From: Chiloscyllium plagiosum
Lineage: Eukaryota
Length of the DNA stretch: 64,000 nt
Assembly: GCF_004010195.1 (NCBI RefSeq)
Contig: NC_057720.1
Coordinates: 18,862,538-18,926,537 of the forward strand
Reading direction: 5' to 3'
Under the pieces are notes generated by a model that was not told where the DNA came from, did not search any database, and saw only the letters and a program-made list of their open reading frames with translations. Positions 12,335-26,372 of the stretch are shown here, one piece after another (positions within the stretch are counted from its first letter, which is position 1; each line of letters begins with the position of its first letter). The position numbers were made by a program, and so were the translations under genes.

Positions 12335-15190
12335 CATGTAGACTATGTCTACCACCCTGCTCTCGTCAGCCTTCCTGGTCACTTCATCAAAGAACTCTAA
12401 TAAATTTATGAGGCATGATCCCCCATACGCAAAGCCATGCTGACTACTCCTAATCAAACCCTGTATTTCCAAATGCAGTCCATGTTAGAAGTCAAATTCT
12501 TGATGTCACAAGGAATTAAGGGCTACGGGGAGAATGCGGGTAAGTGGAGTTGAAATACCCATCAGCCATGATTGAATGGCGGAGTGGACTCAATGGGCCG
12601 AATGGCCTTACTTCCGCTCCTATGTCTTATGGTCTTATGGTCATATATATCTTATCTTCAAGCAACTTACCTACCATAGTATTAGACTTAATGGTCTATT
12701 GTTCCCAGGTCTTTCTTTTTGGCCTTTCTTGAATAAGGGCACAGCATTCACTCCCTTCAGTCTTCCAGGACTTCACCCGTGGCTAACAATGATGCAAAGA
12801 TATCAACCGGGGCTCCCCCAATATCTTCTCTAGCCTCTGTAGTGTTCTGGATACATGTGGTCAGGACCAGGAGATTTATTCACCTTCATACATTCTAATA
12901 CACCCAACACCTCCTCTACTGTGATATGGACTGTCCCCAAGACATGACCACTAACCTCTTCAAGCTCCCAAGTTTTCATGTCTTTCTCCACGATAAATAC
13001 AGATGAGAAATATTCATTGAGGACCTCACCCATCTCTTGCAGTTCTACACATACATGTCCACTTTGGTCCTATTCTCTCTCTAGTTATTCTTTTTCCTTT
13101 AATATAGTTAAATTACCTCTTCAGATTTACCCTAATCTTCTCGGCCAAGGCTATCTCATGCCCCCTTTCCACCCTCCTGATTTCCTTCTTCAGAAAACTC
13201 CTGTATTCCCTGTATACCTCCAGGGATTCCCTTGATCCCAGCTGCCTGTACCTGAGCCATGCCTCCTTTTTTCTGGTCAAAGCCTCAATATCTCTTGTCA
13301 TCCAGGATTCCCTATTCCTGCTAACCTTGCCCTTCACCCTCACAGGAACATATAGACTTTGAACTCTAGCTATTTCACTTTTAAAGGCCTCCCACTTGCC
13401 AGATATCCCTTTGCCTGCAAACAAACTACTCTAATTCACCCCTGCAAGTTCATGTCTAATTCCATCAAAATTTGCTTTGCCCCAATTTAGAACTTGAACC
13501 TGTGGACCAGATTTGTCCCTCTCCATAACTGTCTTAAAACTAATAGGACTATGTTCACTGATCCCAAAGTGCTCTCCTACTGTCACCTCAGTCATCTGTC
13601 CTGTCCTATTTCACAGGTCGAGTTTTGTCCCTTCCCAAGTAAGACCCTCTGTATACTGCTTGAGGAAACTTTCCTGAACGCACTTCACAAATTCCACCCA
13701 ATCTAAGCCCGGAATGCTATGGCAGTGCCAGTCCATGTTAGGAAAATTAGAACCCCCTACTATGACAATCCTATTGCTCATGCATGTCTCCCCAGTATCC
13801 CTGAATATTTCTTCCTCTAATTCCCATTGACTATTTGGGGGAGTGTAGTACAACCCCAATATTGTCACCATCCCCTTCTTATTTCTTAGCTCCGCCCACC
13901 AAGCCTTACTGGATGATGCCTCAGTTATTTCATCTCTGACTATGGCTGTGATACTCGCCTGAATCTAAAATGCAACTCCCCTTCCCCTCCTTCCATCAAC
14001 TCTGTCCCACCTAAAGCATCTGTACCCTGGGCATATTAAGCCACCAATCCTGTCCCTCCTTTAGCTGTGTTTCTGTAATGGCTATAATATCCCAGTCCCA
14101 CGTATCTATCCCCACCCTGAGTTCATTGGCCTTACCTGTCAGCCATCTTGCATTGAAATAGATGCAATTTTATCCAACGGGCTCCCTGTCGTCTTCCAGA
14201 CAGACCTGTCTCTTCACTTTATTATTTCTGATTACTGTATTTCCTTCCAACCTCACACTTGCCTCCCTGTTGTTGAGGATCCACCCCTCTGCCAATCTAG
14301 TTTAAACCCTCCTTTGCAACACTAGCAAACCTGGCCACCAAGATATTGGTGCCCCTCCAGTTCAGATGCAACCAGTCCCTCTTGAATAGGTCATGTCTGC
14401 CCCAGTAGAGTCATAGAGTCATAGAGATGTACAGCATGGAAACAGACCCTTCGGTTGAACTTGTCCATGCCGACCAGATATCCTAAATTAATCTAGTCCC
14501 ATTTGCCAGCACACGTCCCATATCCCTCCAAACCCTTCCCATTCGTATACCCATCCAGATGCCTTTTAAATGTTGCATTTGTACCAGCCTCCACCACTTC
14601 CTCTGGCAACTCATTCCATACACGCACCAGATCCCAATGGTCTAAAAATATGAATCCTTACTCTCTGCACCAATTCATTAGCCACGCATTCATCTGCCAT
14701 ATTAGCACGTGTCTCTGGCAGCAATCCGGAGATCACCACTGATGAGGTACTGGCTTTTAACTTTTTTCCTAACTCTTTCTAATCACTCTGCAGGACTTAC
14801 TTCCTATTTCTACTTATGTCATTTGTGGTAATGTGCACAATGATTTCTGGGCTGCTCCGCCTCCCCCTCCAGAACCTTCTGCAGCTGCTTCCAGTCATCC
14901 TGGACTCTGGCACCCAGGAGGCAACACGCCATGCTGGATTCCCATTTGTGGACAGAGAATCTCCTGTCTCTCCCCCAACTATCGAGTCTCCGATCACTAA
15001 GGCCCTGTTTGCTTTACCCTTTCCTGCTGTGCCCCAGAGGCAGTCATAGTGCCACCAACCTGGCTACTGCTGCATTCCCCTGAACGGTCATCGTCCCTTC
15101 AACAGTATCCAAAACGGTCTGCTTGTTTTCAAGGGGAATGGTCAGAGGGGTTTCCTGCACTCTCTGCCTTCTCCCTTTCATGTGGTCACT
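12335..15190 (-). mobile_element. Decayed CR1 LINE (ORF1 esterase, APE endonuclease, RT N-terminal part) with nested CR1 tails
   Basis: IGDSIVGG (SGNH esterase, 14797-14997); LGLYYTPPNSQ..GGSNFPNMDW (APE, 13611-13871); EVLNEYFSSVF..KSPGPD; SQHGFAYGGSCLINLLEFF. Nested tails at ~12485-12640 (+) and ~14407-14628 (-). Confidence 0.85.
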
Positions 15191-15747
15191 ATTGAATGCA
15201 GCATGACTATTCAACAGCTCCCAGCCACTACAGGCTCCCAGCCTTTATTCCTGATGAAGGGCTTTTGCCCAAAACGTCGATTTTGCTGCTCCTTGGATGC
15301 TGCTTGAACTGCTGTGCTCTTCCAGCACCACTAATCCAGAATCTGGTTTCCAGCATCTGCAGTCATTGTTTTTACCTCCCAAATGATTAACCTTTCCTAC
15401 TCTTGGTGCTTCCTACTCACTGACCTGAGGCATCTTGCCACCTCTCCTGCCGCTGTGTCACCACTAATGCCTCTCCCCTCTATCTCCAACATATGCAATC
15501 TCCTCCCTTTGTGCCATTGTAGGAAATAGTCTCTTATAACCAGGTCAAAAAGGCCAAGACTGGAGGCAGGTGAGAGACATTGGGATCCGAACCAGTAGAT
15601 TTGGTAAAGGTGACATCAGCCAACAATAGGGAAAGGGTAGCACTTACTTCCCAGCAGCTAACCTAGAATGACTTTGGAAGGTTGCAGGAACCTGTGAGTT
15701 CTTCAGTAAATACACATCATGATAGCTGCCAGGATGTAGAGTAATCG

Positions 15748-18112
15748 AGTCACAGAGATATACAGCTCAGAGACAGACCACTTGGTCCAACTTGTCCACG
15801 CCAATCAGATATCCTAAATTAATCTAGTCCCACTTGACCCATATCCCTCTAAACCCTTCCTATTCATGTACCTTTCCAGATGCTTTCTTTTTGTAAATAT
15901 ATTTATTAGCAATTTTTTTAACTTTACAAACATATAAAATTATTGAAAAAGATCACAAATATCATTACAATAAAAAGAAAAAAAACACAAATTACAATAC
16001 AACTACTATCTACTAACTACTAACCTACTCTATAATACAAAGCAAACCCTAACACTGTGCAAAGCAACACTAAAAAAAAGAAAAGCAAACAAAAAAAATC
16101 ACAAAATACAGAACAGCTATGCTCGGTGCAAGGCTCCCAATCAAAGGAACAGGAGCATTGTATATATACTCGTATTAACTCAGGAGACCCCCCTCCAGGG
16201 CCCAGGGCTTGACAAATCTAATCATCCTGGTTAAACAAATGCCCCCTAGTTAAGACAGCTGACAAATCTATATCCAAATAACTCAAGTAGGGCTGCCATG
16301 TCTTATAAAAATTGTCTGTTGTGTGGTGCACCATGTTTGTGAAAAAGTCCAAGGGAATGTGCTCCATAATTAATTTCTGCCATTCCAGCACACCCGGTGG
16401 ATTCTCAGACACCCAATTCATCAGAATATTCTTCCGTGCACAGTGTGCAAGGATATTAAATAATTTCTTCCCATGCCGGTCTAAAGATGGTAAATTCAGT
16501 AGACCTATGAGGAGAGATATCGGGTCTACTTTGACTTCAGTCCTCAATACCCTTCCTATCTCTCCCGCCACAGCGCTCCAATAAACACGGAGCCTGTGGC
16601 ATGTCCAGAAGCAATGGGTAAGAGTACCTACACTTATTTTACATTTGGGGCACACTGACGATGCCCCTTTTTTAAACTTCACCAGATGGTCCGGTGCCAG
16701 ATGAGCCCTGTGCAGAACTTTTAACTGCGTGGCGCATGTCCTGTTACAGATTGAGATCTTTTGAGTATTCTCCCATATGTTCTCCCATGTTTCAGAAGAG
16801 ATCTCCACTCCCAGCTCTTGCTCCCAAACCTCACATAACCGGTTAATGTCCTGCCAGGATCTGCCACCCAGCAGGCGATAGAGGACGCTAACCGAAAGGG
16901 TGCTTGTGGAACGTAGCAACATCCTCTCTGTTTCAGGCTTACAGGGCTTAGTGAGAAGCGTAGTCTTCTTCTGGATGAAATCCTTACCTTGAAAAAAATG
17001 AAAAGATCTCTGCTGGGCAACCCGTATTTGTGGCTCAGTTGCTCAAAAGACATCATAACCTCCCCCTCAAATAGGTCTCCCAAACTAGAAACTCCTCTCG
17101 CTGCCCATAGTTTGAACCCTGAGTCCATCATCCCTGGTCGGAACCCTGGCATGCCAACTATAGGTGTAAGTGGTGAAGTCTTGGATAAACAACCCTCACT
17201 CTGACACATCGCCCTCCATGCCTTGACTGTACTAATGACAATGGGGTTCCAGCAATGGTTCATAACTGTCCACATCTATTCCATGAACAATTGGTTAATA
17301 AGAAGGCACTTTGCTTGGGAGGCCTCAATATCCAGATGCTTTTTAAATGTTGTAATTGTACCAGCCTCCACCACTTCCTCTGGCTGCTCATTCCATACAC
17401 GCACCTCTCACTGCATGAACAAGTCGCTCCTTTAGATCCCTTCTAAATTTTTCCCCTCTCACCCTAAACCTGTGCCCCTCTAGTTCTGGACTCCCCCCTA
17501 CCTAGGGAAAAGACTGTGTATTTATCCTATCCATATCCCACATGATGTTATAAACCTCTATAACGTCATCCCTCTGACGCTCCAGGGAAAATAGCCCCAG
17601 CCTGTTCAGCCTCTTCTTATTGCTCAAACCATCCAACCCTGGCAACATCCTTGTAAATAATTTCTGAAGCCTTTCAGAATTGCCCACAATATTCCAAAAC
17701 TGGCGAAACCAATATCCTGTACAGTCACAACATGACCTCCCAACTCCTATACTCAATGCACTGTACAATAAAGGCAAGCCTACCAAACGCCTTCTTCACT
17801 ATCCTATCTACCTGCAACTCTACTTCAAGGAGCTATGAACCTGCACTCCAATGTCTCTTTGTTCAGCGACACTCCCCAGGACCTCACCATTAAGTGTATA
17901 GGTCCTGCTGTGATTCGCCTTGCCAAAATGCAGCACCTCGCATTTATCGAAATGAAACTCCATCTGACACTGCTCGGCCCATTGGCTCAACTGATCAAGA
18001 TCCCATTGTACTCTGGGGGAACCTTCTTCGCTGTCCACTAAACCTCCAGTTTTGTCTCCTGCAAACTTACTTACTGTATCTCCTATGTTCATATCTAAAT
18101 TATTTATATAAA
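15748..18112 (-). mobile_element. CR1 LINE 3' fragment interrupted by an L1 insertion
   Basis: Tail at ~15748; RT/C-terminal ORFs 17502-17786 and 17820-18092 (SKFAGDKTGG..QWDLDQLSQWAEQCQMEF). Confidence 0.85.
15887..17330 (-). mobile_element. 5'-truncated L1-clade LINE (ORF2 C-terminal zf-RVT region and 3' UTR)
   Basis: ORF 16218-16922 has WEQELG..LKVLHRAHLAP..CPKCKISVGTLTHCFWTC (zf-RVT). There is an AATAAA followed by an A-rich tail, and a 12-bp TSD tccagatgcttt at 15875-15886 and 17331-17342. Confidence 0.9.
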
Positions 18113-21100
18113 TCTACTACACACCTCCAAAATTTGCCAGCTAAGGATTGTGATGGAGTGACGGACTCAGCAGGTTGGTGATAAGGCTCTCTCAAAGCAA
18201 TGTGGATGCATTGTGAAGAGGTGGTGGAGAGTGGGCATCAACAATGATTGTTATGGGGGGAGGGTATAAGCTGGTGGCATCAGATGTGCTTATGTGTGGA
18301 TTATTTGGAGATGCCACACAGGTCTATGGTTGCTCCTTGGAACAAAATAATTCAGAGCCTTGCTACCTTCCAGAATGGAATGGCAACCCATTTCTTCAGA
18401 GCACCAGTCCTTCTTCAGCCAATGGAATAGTTGTGTATTGATGAGCCAGGACTTCCTCCATCTCCATCCACACTGGTCCTCTAACAACTGTACGTTCTGA
18501 CGGCAAGGCGGCAACAATCAGGACATGGTCACTCACTTCTTCCTCTGTGGAGAATCATCAGCTGCTGGTCCTCCCAGCAGCATCTATCTTCACCACAGTC
18601 ATCTGACTTCTGAAAATGTCTTCAGGAATCCTCTTCGGGTTGGTTCCACCTCAGAAAAGCAATCAGATAATCTGTGAGGAATGTCAGAAGACCGAACAGT
18701 ATTTCTGCAATTTCCTGATCTCTTACATCAATCGCAATGAAGCGTTAAGCTGTGGCCTCACACATTGCAACATGGAGACCTTACTTTCACAAGAAAGGCC
18801 AACACATTGCTTGGCTGAGGAGTTCTGTAATCTTTCTGTATGTCTGAAGTGTTAATTCTACATTGGGGGAGTTAAATGCAGGCACTTCTGAGTCATGGTA
18901 ACACACCCCCTCAAAGGAAAGCCGACATTTACCATCACAGACCATGCCATTACATACTTACAGTTAAGTATAATAATGTGGCAGCTCCGAAATATTGTGT
19001 TCCAATGTAGCTATGAAAAGAGATGCAGAATTGGCAAAGCCAGGGAGGATTTTTAACCCCCCTCCACAGCCCCCCCCACCCCCCCCAACTCTGCATGTGG
19101 TGTCAGCCATTTTGTCTCCTGCTGTGCTTCTAGGTTTGGTGCAAAGACCACAGGGGTTCAGCTTCATGTCCTCCTGAGTGAGGTTAAGAGCCTGAGATTA
19201 ATTATGAAACCCTATGCTTCATGTTCTTTTTTGTGTTGCTGTTCATTTGTTCCTGACAACTTTCAGCCTCTTCCTGTTTCCACTCAGCCTCTTTGTATTA
19301 CCGTTACTGTTCCCCATTTATCCCTGAGCCCATGGCATTGGGAAATGCCATGCCTCTGTTTGCCATACACTCTCCTTCCACTCACAGAAGCAGAAGGTGG
19401 CCATTTAGCCTGTCGGCCTGGGTGATTGTGAATTATACAATCCACCTACAGCTCCCTGTGTCTTTCTGTGCTCTCTGAAATCCCTCCATTCAATCTCCAA
19501 CCTCTCTCTTTTATCATAAGCATTTCCACAGCAGCCCAATCCAATCAGCAAACCTAGACCTGACCTTTCCACTTGCCCCAGGATGACAAAGGTTGCCCCC
19601 TAAAGAGCCGTCTGACACCCGAGAACTGTCTGTGGCCCAATTCCCCGGCCAACTGATTTAGGAGGATAGCTCCTCCTGAGCATGATCCAGCCCCAGACAA
19701 ATATCTCCACAGCTCCGCAACCTACCAACCTGGGATCCCCAGACCTGGTTGAATTAGACCTCTAGGGCTGACCATGATTCAATTCCCTTACTGCAAGAGT
19801 GCTGATCCCATGCACTGGTCAGATAAAGTCTGACTCACCACGACCAACCCTCTGGATGAAGATCGGAAGCTCCTTGACTATTTGAATCACTCCTGACAGG
19901 CGATAGTCCCCCTTCACCCACTAAGGACTGGTCCCCTTTGACCTTCCTTCATGGCCAGGGCTTTAGGACTCGAAATTGAGTTCAACAATGTCAGAGCAGG
20001 AAAATTGTCCTCCATTTTGCCCCACCCTTCTTGTTTGTGACTTGTTAGCGTTGCTGTCAGCAGAGCTAATCTATTTTCTCCTTTTCATACTTATTTTACA
20101 TCACAACCTCTTCCCTTATTAGCACTCTCTTTGTTTTTGAGTCAGGGCACCCTCACCATCTTTTGTACACACTCCCCCTTTGTCGATGCCAATCTAACAA
20201 ACATCTTCAGAACTGCCAACAATGTATTTACATCCTTCCTTCAATGAGGAGACCAAATCTGCACACAATATTTGAGCTTGTACCCGCCCTATATATACTG
20301 TTATATTCAAATACTTAATAGAGGATAGCATACCGTTAGCCCTCTTAATCACATGCTGCAATCATATGTTGTTGGTCTATAGATTCTGGTTAGAGGGAAT
20401 TGTTTCTTTCCCAAAGCCTCTCACCATCAAGAAAACCTCCAGTGGATCTGCTCTGTCTGAGGGATGAATATTGGCCAGGATATGAGAGATGACAAGCAAC
20501 TAAATTATAGGGAGGTGGTTTCAGGAGGTGAATGTAGAGGAGTGGGGTATGTCACATGGCCCATTGTGTCTCTTCTGACTTATTGCTTCCTCTGCTTACT
20601 GTCCTGAGGAATGTGTTTGGATCCATATTGGCAGCATTCCTTTTGTTATAATAAGTCAGTCTTTATCCTCCACACTTTACTAATCAGGTGGAACACAAGC
20701 TGGAACATTGTGCTTCACTCAAGGCAAACATGATGACTTAAACTAAACCACCGTAACTGTCTCTGCCTGAGTCATATTCAGTTGACTCACATGGTGTACA
20801 ACTTCTTCATTGTCTACACGATCAGCTTCGATGAGCACTCACAATTCTACTTAACCAAAGCTCAGGAAATGCCCTCAGGTTTTTGTTCAGACTCCACCAT
20901 CTGGCATGCTCCTGAGTCATACATGAGTTTGGAGAGGGTAAATGTTGGCTTATCACATTGTGCAGTGTAATTGTATCACCTCCAGACATTTGGCTCACTG
21001 GCTTTGTTGATTATTGACTTAATCTCTCTGGTGAGACAGCCATTCACAAGTAATATTGTGTAAGATCACCAGCCCTTCCTTGCACACACTTTAATATTGT

Positions 21101-21344
21101 GTAAGATCACCAGCCCTTCTTCGTCAATCATGAGGCCTCCAGGACATTGATAACATTCTCGCCAAACTCTGCTGTGCTCCCAAATTATCCTTTCATTTTA
21201 ATCCTTGAGTCCTGTATAGCCACGTCATCTGCAAAATCCAGGACCTTGAAATACATTTCGTCCAGTTTTCAATTGCCAATTGAGAGCAGGAGATGCTTCC
21301 TGCTTTTCCTGAGAATTTGAGGAGAGGAGAGATGACACAAAAGA

Positions 21345-24300
21345 GGATTCTGGGTAATCCAAGATGGAGGATGGGAAAAATTTCTGGCTGTAACAGCTGC
21401 TCCTTTTTTGAGGTATTTTTTAGGTGCTGGAGGTGATTTCCTCGAATTTGAGAAGCAGCAATTACTGTTTTATATGCTGTTGCATTGTTTTGGAACTTTG
21501 GGAAAAAAAAGTCAAAACAATAGCAGTATTAAAAGGGAGAAGAGCAGACAAAGGAACGTGGTGAGGTCAGTGCAGGAGAGAGAGAGAGAAAAAGAAATCC
21601 TTGCATAGTTACTGCCTTTGCTGTTTGAATTCATGTATCACTGGACATTGGAGTGCATCTGGGAAAATTAACAAACAGTGAACTTCACAACTGATCTTGG
21701 AGGAACTCTTGGGCGAAGTCCACAGCACAGAATCAGACAAGTTAATCGTTGTTTTTAAGTATGGCCTACAGAGAATCGGCAGTAGTGAGAAGAGTGGGTT
21801 CTTTCTTGATTATATGTTTTAGGAGATATGTCTCTTGATTAAACTTAAAATATAAGCCATAAATATTAATTTAACCTGGGGCAGTGTTTGTCGAGGAATA
21901 AGATGGTGTTATTTTCTGGGTCCGTAGATTGTGAAGGAGCAAAAATGGCCTTCTTGTCAGATGTGGGAGTTTAAAGAGAGTTTAAGGGTTACTGCGGATT
22001 ATATCTGCAATAAATGCTGTTGGCTGTGAATCTTAACAGATCAAATTAAATGCTGTTGGCTGTGAATCTTAACAGATCAAATGGATCGGTTGGAGAGGCA
22101 GTTAGAAGCAATGAGGAATTTGCAACAGCAACAGTATTTGATGGTTGGCAGTTATAGGAAAGGGGGAAGTTTCAGATACAGTCACATAGATGGGTTAACG
22201 CCAGGAAAGGTAAGAGAGGTGGGCAACTAGTGCAGGACTCTTTTGTAGATCTACCCATCTCAAACAGGTATGCTGTTTTGGAAAATGTAGGGGGTGATGG
22301 ATTCTCAGGGGAATGTAGCATGAACAGCCAAGTTTCTGGTATTGGGACTGGCTCTAATGCAACGAGGGGTACATCGGGTTCCAAGAGATCAATTGTGTTA
22401 GGGGATTCTCTAGTCCGAGGTACAGACAGATGTTTCTGTGGCCAGCGGTGAAAAAGCAGAATCATGTGTTACTTCCCTGGTGCCAGGATCAAGGATGTCT
22501 CAGAGAGGGTGCAGAATGTTCTCACGGGGGAGAGGGGCCAGCAGGAGGTCATTGTCCACATTGGAACCAATGACATAGGAAGGGAAAAGGTTGAAATTCT
22601 GAGGGGAGGCTACAGAGAGTTAGGCAGAAATTTAAAACGGAGGTCCTCGAGAGTAGTAATATCTGGATTACTCCCAGTGCTACGAGCTAGTGAGGGCAGG
22701 AATAGGAGGATAGAGCAGATGAATGCATGGCTGAGGAGCTGGTGTTTGGGAGATGGATTCACATTTTTGGATTATTGGATTCTCTTTTGGGGTAGAAGTG
22801 ACCTGTAGAAGAAGGACGGATTGCACCTAAATTGGAAGGGGACTAATAAAATTAAACTGCATTTATTTCAATGCAAGGGGCCTAACACGGAAGGTAGATG
22901 AACTCAGGGCATGGTTAGGAACATGGGACTGGGATATCATAGCAATTACAGAAACATGGCTCAGGGATGGGCAGGACTGGCAGCTTAATGTTCCTGGATA
23001 CAAATGGTACAGGAAGGACAGAAAGGGAGGCAAGGGAGGAGGGAGAATGGCATTTTTGATAAGGGATAGCATTACAGCTGTGTTGAGGGAGGATATTCCC
23101 GGAAATACATCCAGGGAAGTTATTTGGGTGGAACTGAGAAATAAGAAAGGGATGATAACCTTATTGGGATTGTATTATAGACCCCCTAATAGTCAGAGGG
23201 AAATTGAGAAACAAACTTGTAAGGAGATCTCAGTTATCTGTAAGAATAATAGGGTGGTTATGGTCGGGGATTTTAACTTTCCAAACATAGACTGGGACCA
23301 CCATTGTATTAAGGGTTTAGATGCAGAGAAATTTGTTAAGTGTGTACAAGATAGTTTTCTGATTCAGTATGTGGATGTACCTTCGAGAGAAGGTGAAAAC
23401 TTGACCTACGCTTGGGAAATAAGGCAGGGCAGGTGACTGAGGTGTCAGTGGGGGAGCACTTTGGGGCAAGCGACCATAATTCTATTAGATTTAAAATAGT
23501 GATGGAAAAGGATGGACCAGATCTAAAAGTTGAAGTTCTAAATTGGAGAAAGGCCAATTTTGACAGTATTAGACAAGAACTTTCGAAAGCTGATTGGGGG
23601 CAGATGTTCGCAGGTAAAGGGACAGCTGGAAAATGGGAAGCTTTCAGAAATGAGATAACGATAATCCAGAGAAAGTATATTCCTGTTAGGGTGAAAGGAA
23701 AGGCTGGTAGGTATAAGGAATGCTGGATGACTAAAGAAATTGAGGGTTTGGTTAAGAAAAAGAAGAAAAAGAAGGTATAGACAGGATAGATCGAGTGAAT
23801 CCTTAGAAGAGTATAAAGGAAGTAGGAGTATACTTAAGAGAGAAATCAGGAGGGTTAAAAGGGACATGAGATAGCTTTGGCAAATAGAATTAAGGAGAAT
23901 CCAAAGAGTTTTTACAAATATATTAAGGACAAAAGGGTAACTCGGGAGAGAATAGGGCCCCTCAAAGACCAGCAAGGTGGCCTTTGTGAGGAGCCACAGA
24001 AAATGGGTGAGATACTAAATGAATATTTTGCATCAGTATTTACTGTGGAAAAAGATATGGAAGATATTGACTGTAGGGAAACAGATGGTGACATCTTGCA
24101 AAATGTCCAGATGACAGAGGAGGAAGTGCTGGATGTCTTGAAACGTGTAAAGGTGGATAAATCCCAAGACCTGATTAGGTGCACCTGAGAATTCTGTGGG
24201 AAGCTAGAGAAGTGATTGCTAGGCCTCTTGCTGAGATATTTGTATCATCGATAGTCACAGGTGAGATGCCGGAAGACTGGAGGTTGGCTAATGTGGTGCC

Positions 24301-25718
24301 ACTGTTTAAGAAGGGTGGTAAGGACAAGCAAGGGAACTGTAGACCAGTGAGCCTGATGTCAGTGGTGGGCAAGTTGTTGGAGGGAATCCTGAGGGACAGG
24401 ATGTACATGTATTTGGAAAGGCAAGGACTGATTAAGGATAGTCAACATGGCTTTGTGCGTGGGAAATGTCTCACAAATTTGATTGAGTTTTTTGAAGAAG
24501 TAATAAAGAGGATTGATGAGACCAGAGCGATAGATGTGATCTATATGGACTTCAGTAAGGCATTCGACAAGGTTCCCCATGCGAGATTGTTTGGCAAGGT
24601 TAGATCTCACGGAATACAGGGAGAACTAGCTATTTGGATACAGAATTGGGTCAAAGGTAGAAGACAGAGAGTTGTTTTTCAGACTGGAGGCCTGTGACCA
24701 GTGGAGTGCCACGAGGATTGGTGCTGGGTCCCCTACTTTTTGTCATTTACATAAATGATTTGGATGCGAGCATAAGAGGTACAGTTAGTAAGTTTGCAGA
24801 TGACACCAAAATTGGAGGTGTAGTGGACAGTGAAGAGGGTTACCTCTGATTACAACAGGATCTGGACCAGATGGGCCAATGGGCTGAGAAGTGGCAGATG
24901 GAGTTTAATTCAGATAAGTGCAAGGTGCTGCATTTTGGGAAAGCAAAAATTAGCAGGACTTATACACTTAATGTAAGGTCCTAGGGAAAGTTACTGAACA
25001 AAGAGACCTTGGAGAGCAGGTTCATAATTCCTTGAAAGTGGAGTTGCAGGTGGATAGGATAAAGAAGAAGGCTTTTGGTATGGTTTCCTTTATCGGTCAG
25101 AGTATTGAATACAGGAGTTGGGAGGTCATGTTATGGCTGTATAGGACATCGGTAAGGCCACTGTTGGAATATTGCGTGCAATTCTGGTCTCCTTCCTATC
25201 GGAAAGATGTTGTGAAACTTGAAAGGGTTCAGAAAAGATTTACAAGTATGTTGCCAGGGTTGGAGGATTTGAGCTATAGGGGGAGGTTGTACAGGCTGGG
25301 GCTGTTTTCCCTGGAGCGTTGGAGGCTGAGGGGTGACCTTATAGAGGTTTACAAATTATGAGGGGTATGGATTGGGTAAATAGGCAAAGTCTTTTCCCTG
25401 GGGTCGTGGAGTCCAGAACTAGAGGGCATAGGTTTAGGGCGAGAGGGGAAAGATATAAAATAGACTTATAGGGCAACTTTTTCACATAGAGAGTGGTACA
25501 TGTATGGAATGAGCTGACAGAGGAAGTGGTGGAGGCTGGTACAATTGCAACATTTTAAGAGGCATTTGGATGGGTATATGAATAGGAAGGGTTTGGAGGG
25601 ATATTGGCCGGGTGCTGGCAGGTGGGACTAGATTGGGTTGGGATATCTGGTCGGCATGGACAGGTTGGACCGAAGGGTCTGTTTCCATGCTGTACATCTC
25701 TATGACTCTATGACTCTA
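21345..25718 (+). mobile_element. Near full-length CR1 LINE (5' UTR, ORF1 zinc-finger/esterase, ORF2 APE + RT), inactivated by stops and frameshifts
   Basis: ORF1: IVLGDSLVRG, VIVHIGTNDIG. APE: YFNARG, DIIAITETWL, GLYYRPPNS, GDFNFPNIDW, SDHN. RT: QHGFVRGK, YMDFSKAFDKVPH, KFADDTK. (ATGACTCT)n tail at ~25700-25718. 5' boundary approximate. Confidence 0.92.
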
Positions 25719-25994
25719 AGTGTCCATGTTCTTTCACTGTTAAAATGGTGACTCATGCCGGTGTACAGTTCCCCAGAGGTCAGGTAGTCTTCAGTACATC
25801 AGGTAATTTGCCATTCTTTGTAAATGTCCCTGAACAGGGAACATATTATTGAGCCAAGTGAAGTATGGCCATCTACACTTTATCCTGTATTCAGATACAA
25901 TACATCAATGTGCACCTTTCAGTTGGTCAAACTAGTGAGAAATATAAAAACTGACAATTAGAGCTTCTTAGCGAGTTTTGAGAAGATTTGTAGC

Positions 25995-26372
25995 TTTGAG
26001 AAAATTAGAGTTTCTTTAAGCATATTAAAAAAGAGAGGGGTCAAAGCCCTTTAAAAAATGAATCTGGGGAGATGGTTATGGATAACAAGGGAAATGGCAG
26101 AGGAGTTAAATAGATATTTGCATCAGTTTTTATGGTGGAATATAATGTGAACACCCCTTTAATACTGAAGAATATGTAGGAAGAATTAATGCCTTCACTA
26201 TCACTAGAGAAGTAAGATTAAACAAATTAATGAGCTCAAGGCAGCTAGATCCCCTGGTCCTGTGGGCTGGTATCCAAAAAGAGGTAGCTATCAAGATAGT
26301 GGAGACATTGATTGTAATTTTCCAAAAACCCTTGAATTTTGGAGAACTACCAGAGGATGGAATGTGACACCT
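25995..26372 (+). mobile_element. Old CR1 ORF2 fragment, 5' part (host of the ERV)
   Basis: AEELNRYFASVF..PEDG..NVTP reads on into 33678 onward once the ERV is removed. Confidence 0.7.

Noticed and set aside
18120..20300. Non-repetitive-looking stretch with several short ORFs and a poly-C tract
   Set aside because: No recognisable motif, splice pattern or terminal repeats; possibly ancient DNA-transposon debris, but this cannot be supported.
21051..21119. 28-bp direct repeat with 13-bp spacer
   Set aside because: Only two units in eukaryotic DNA; local duplication, not a CRISPR array.
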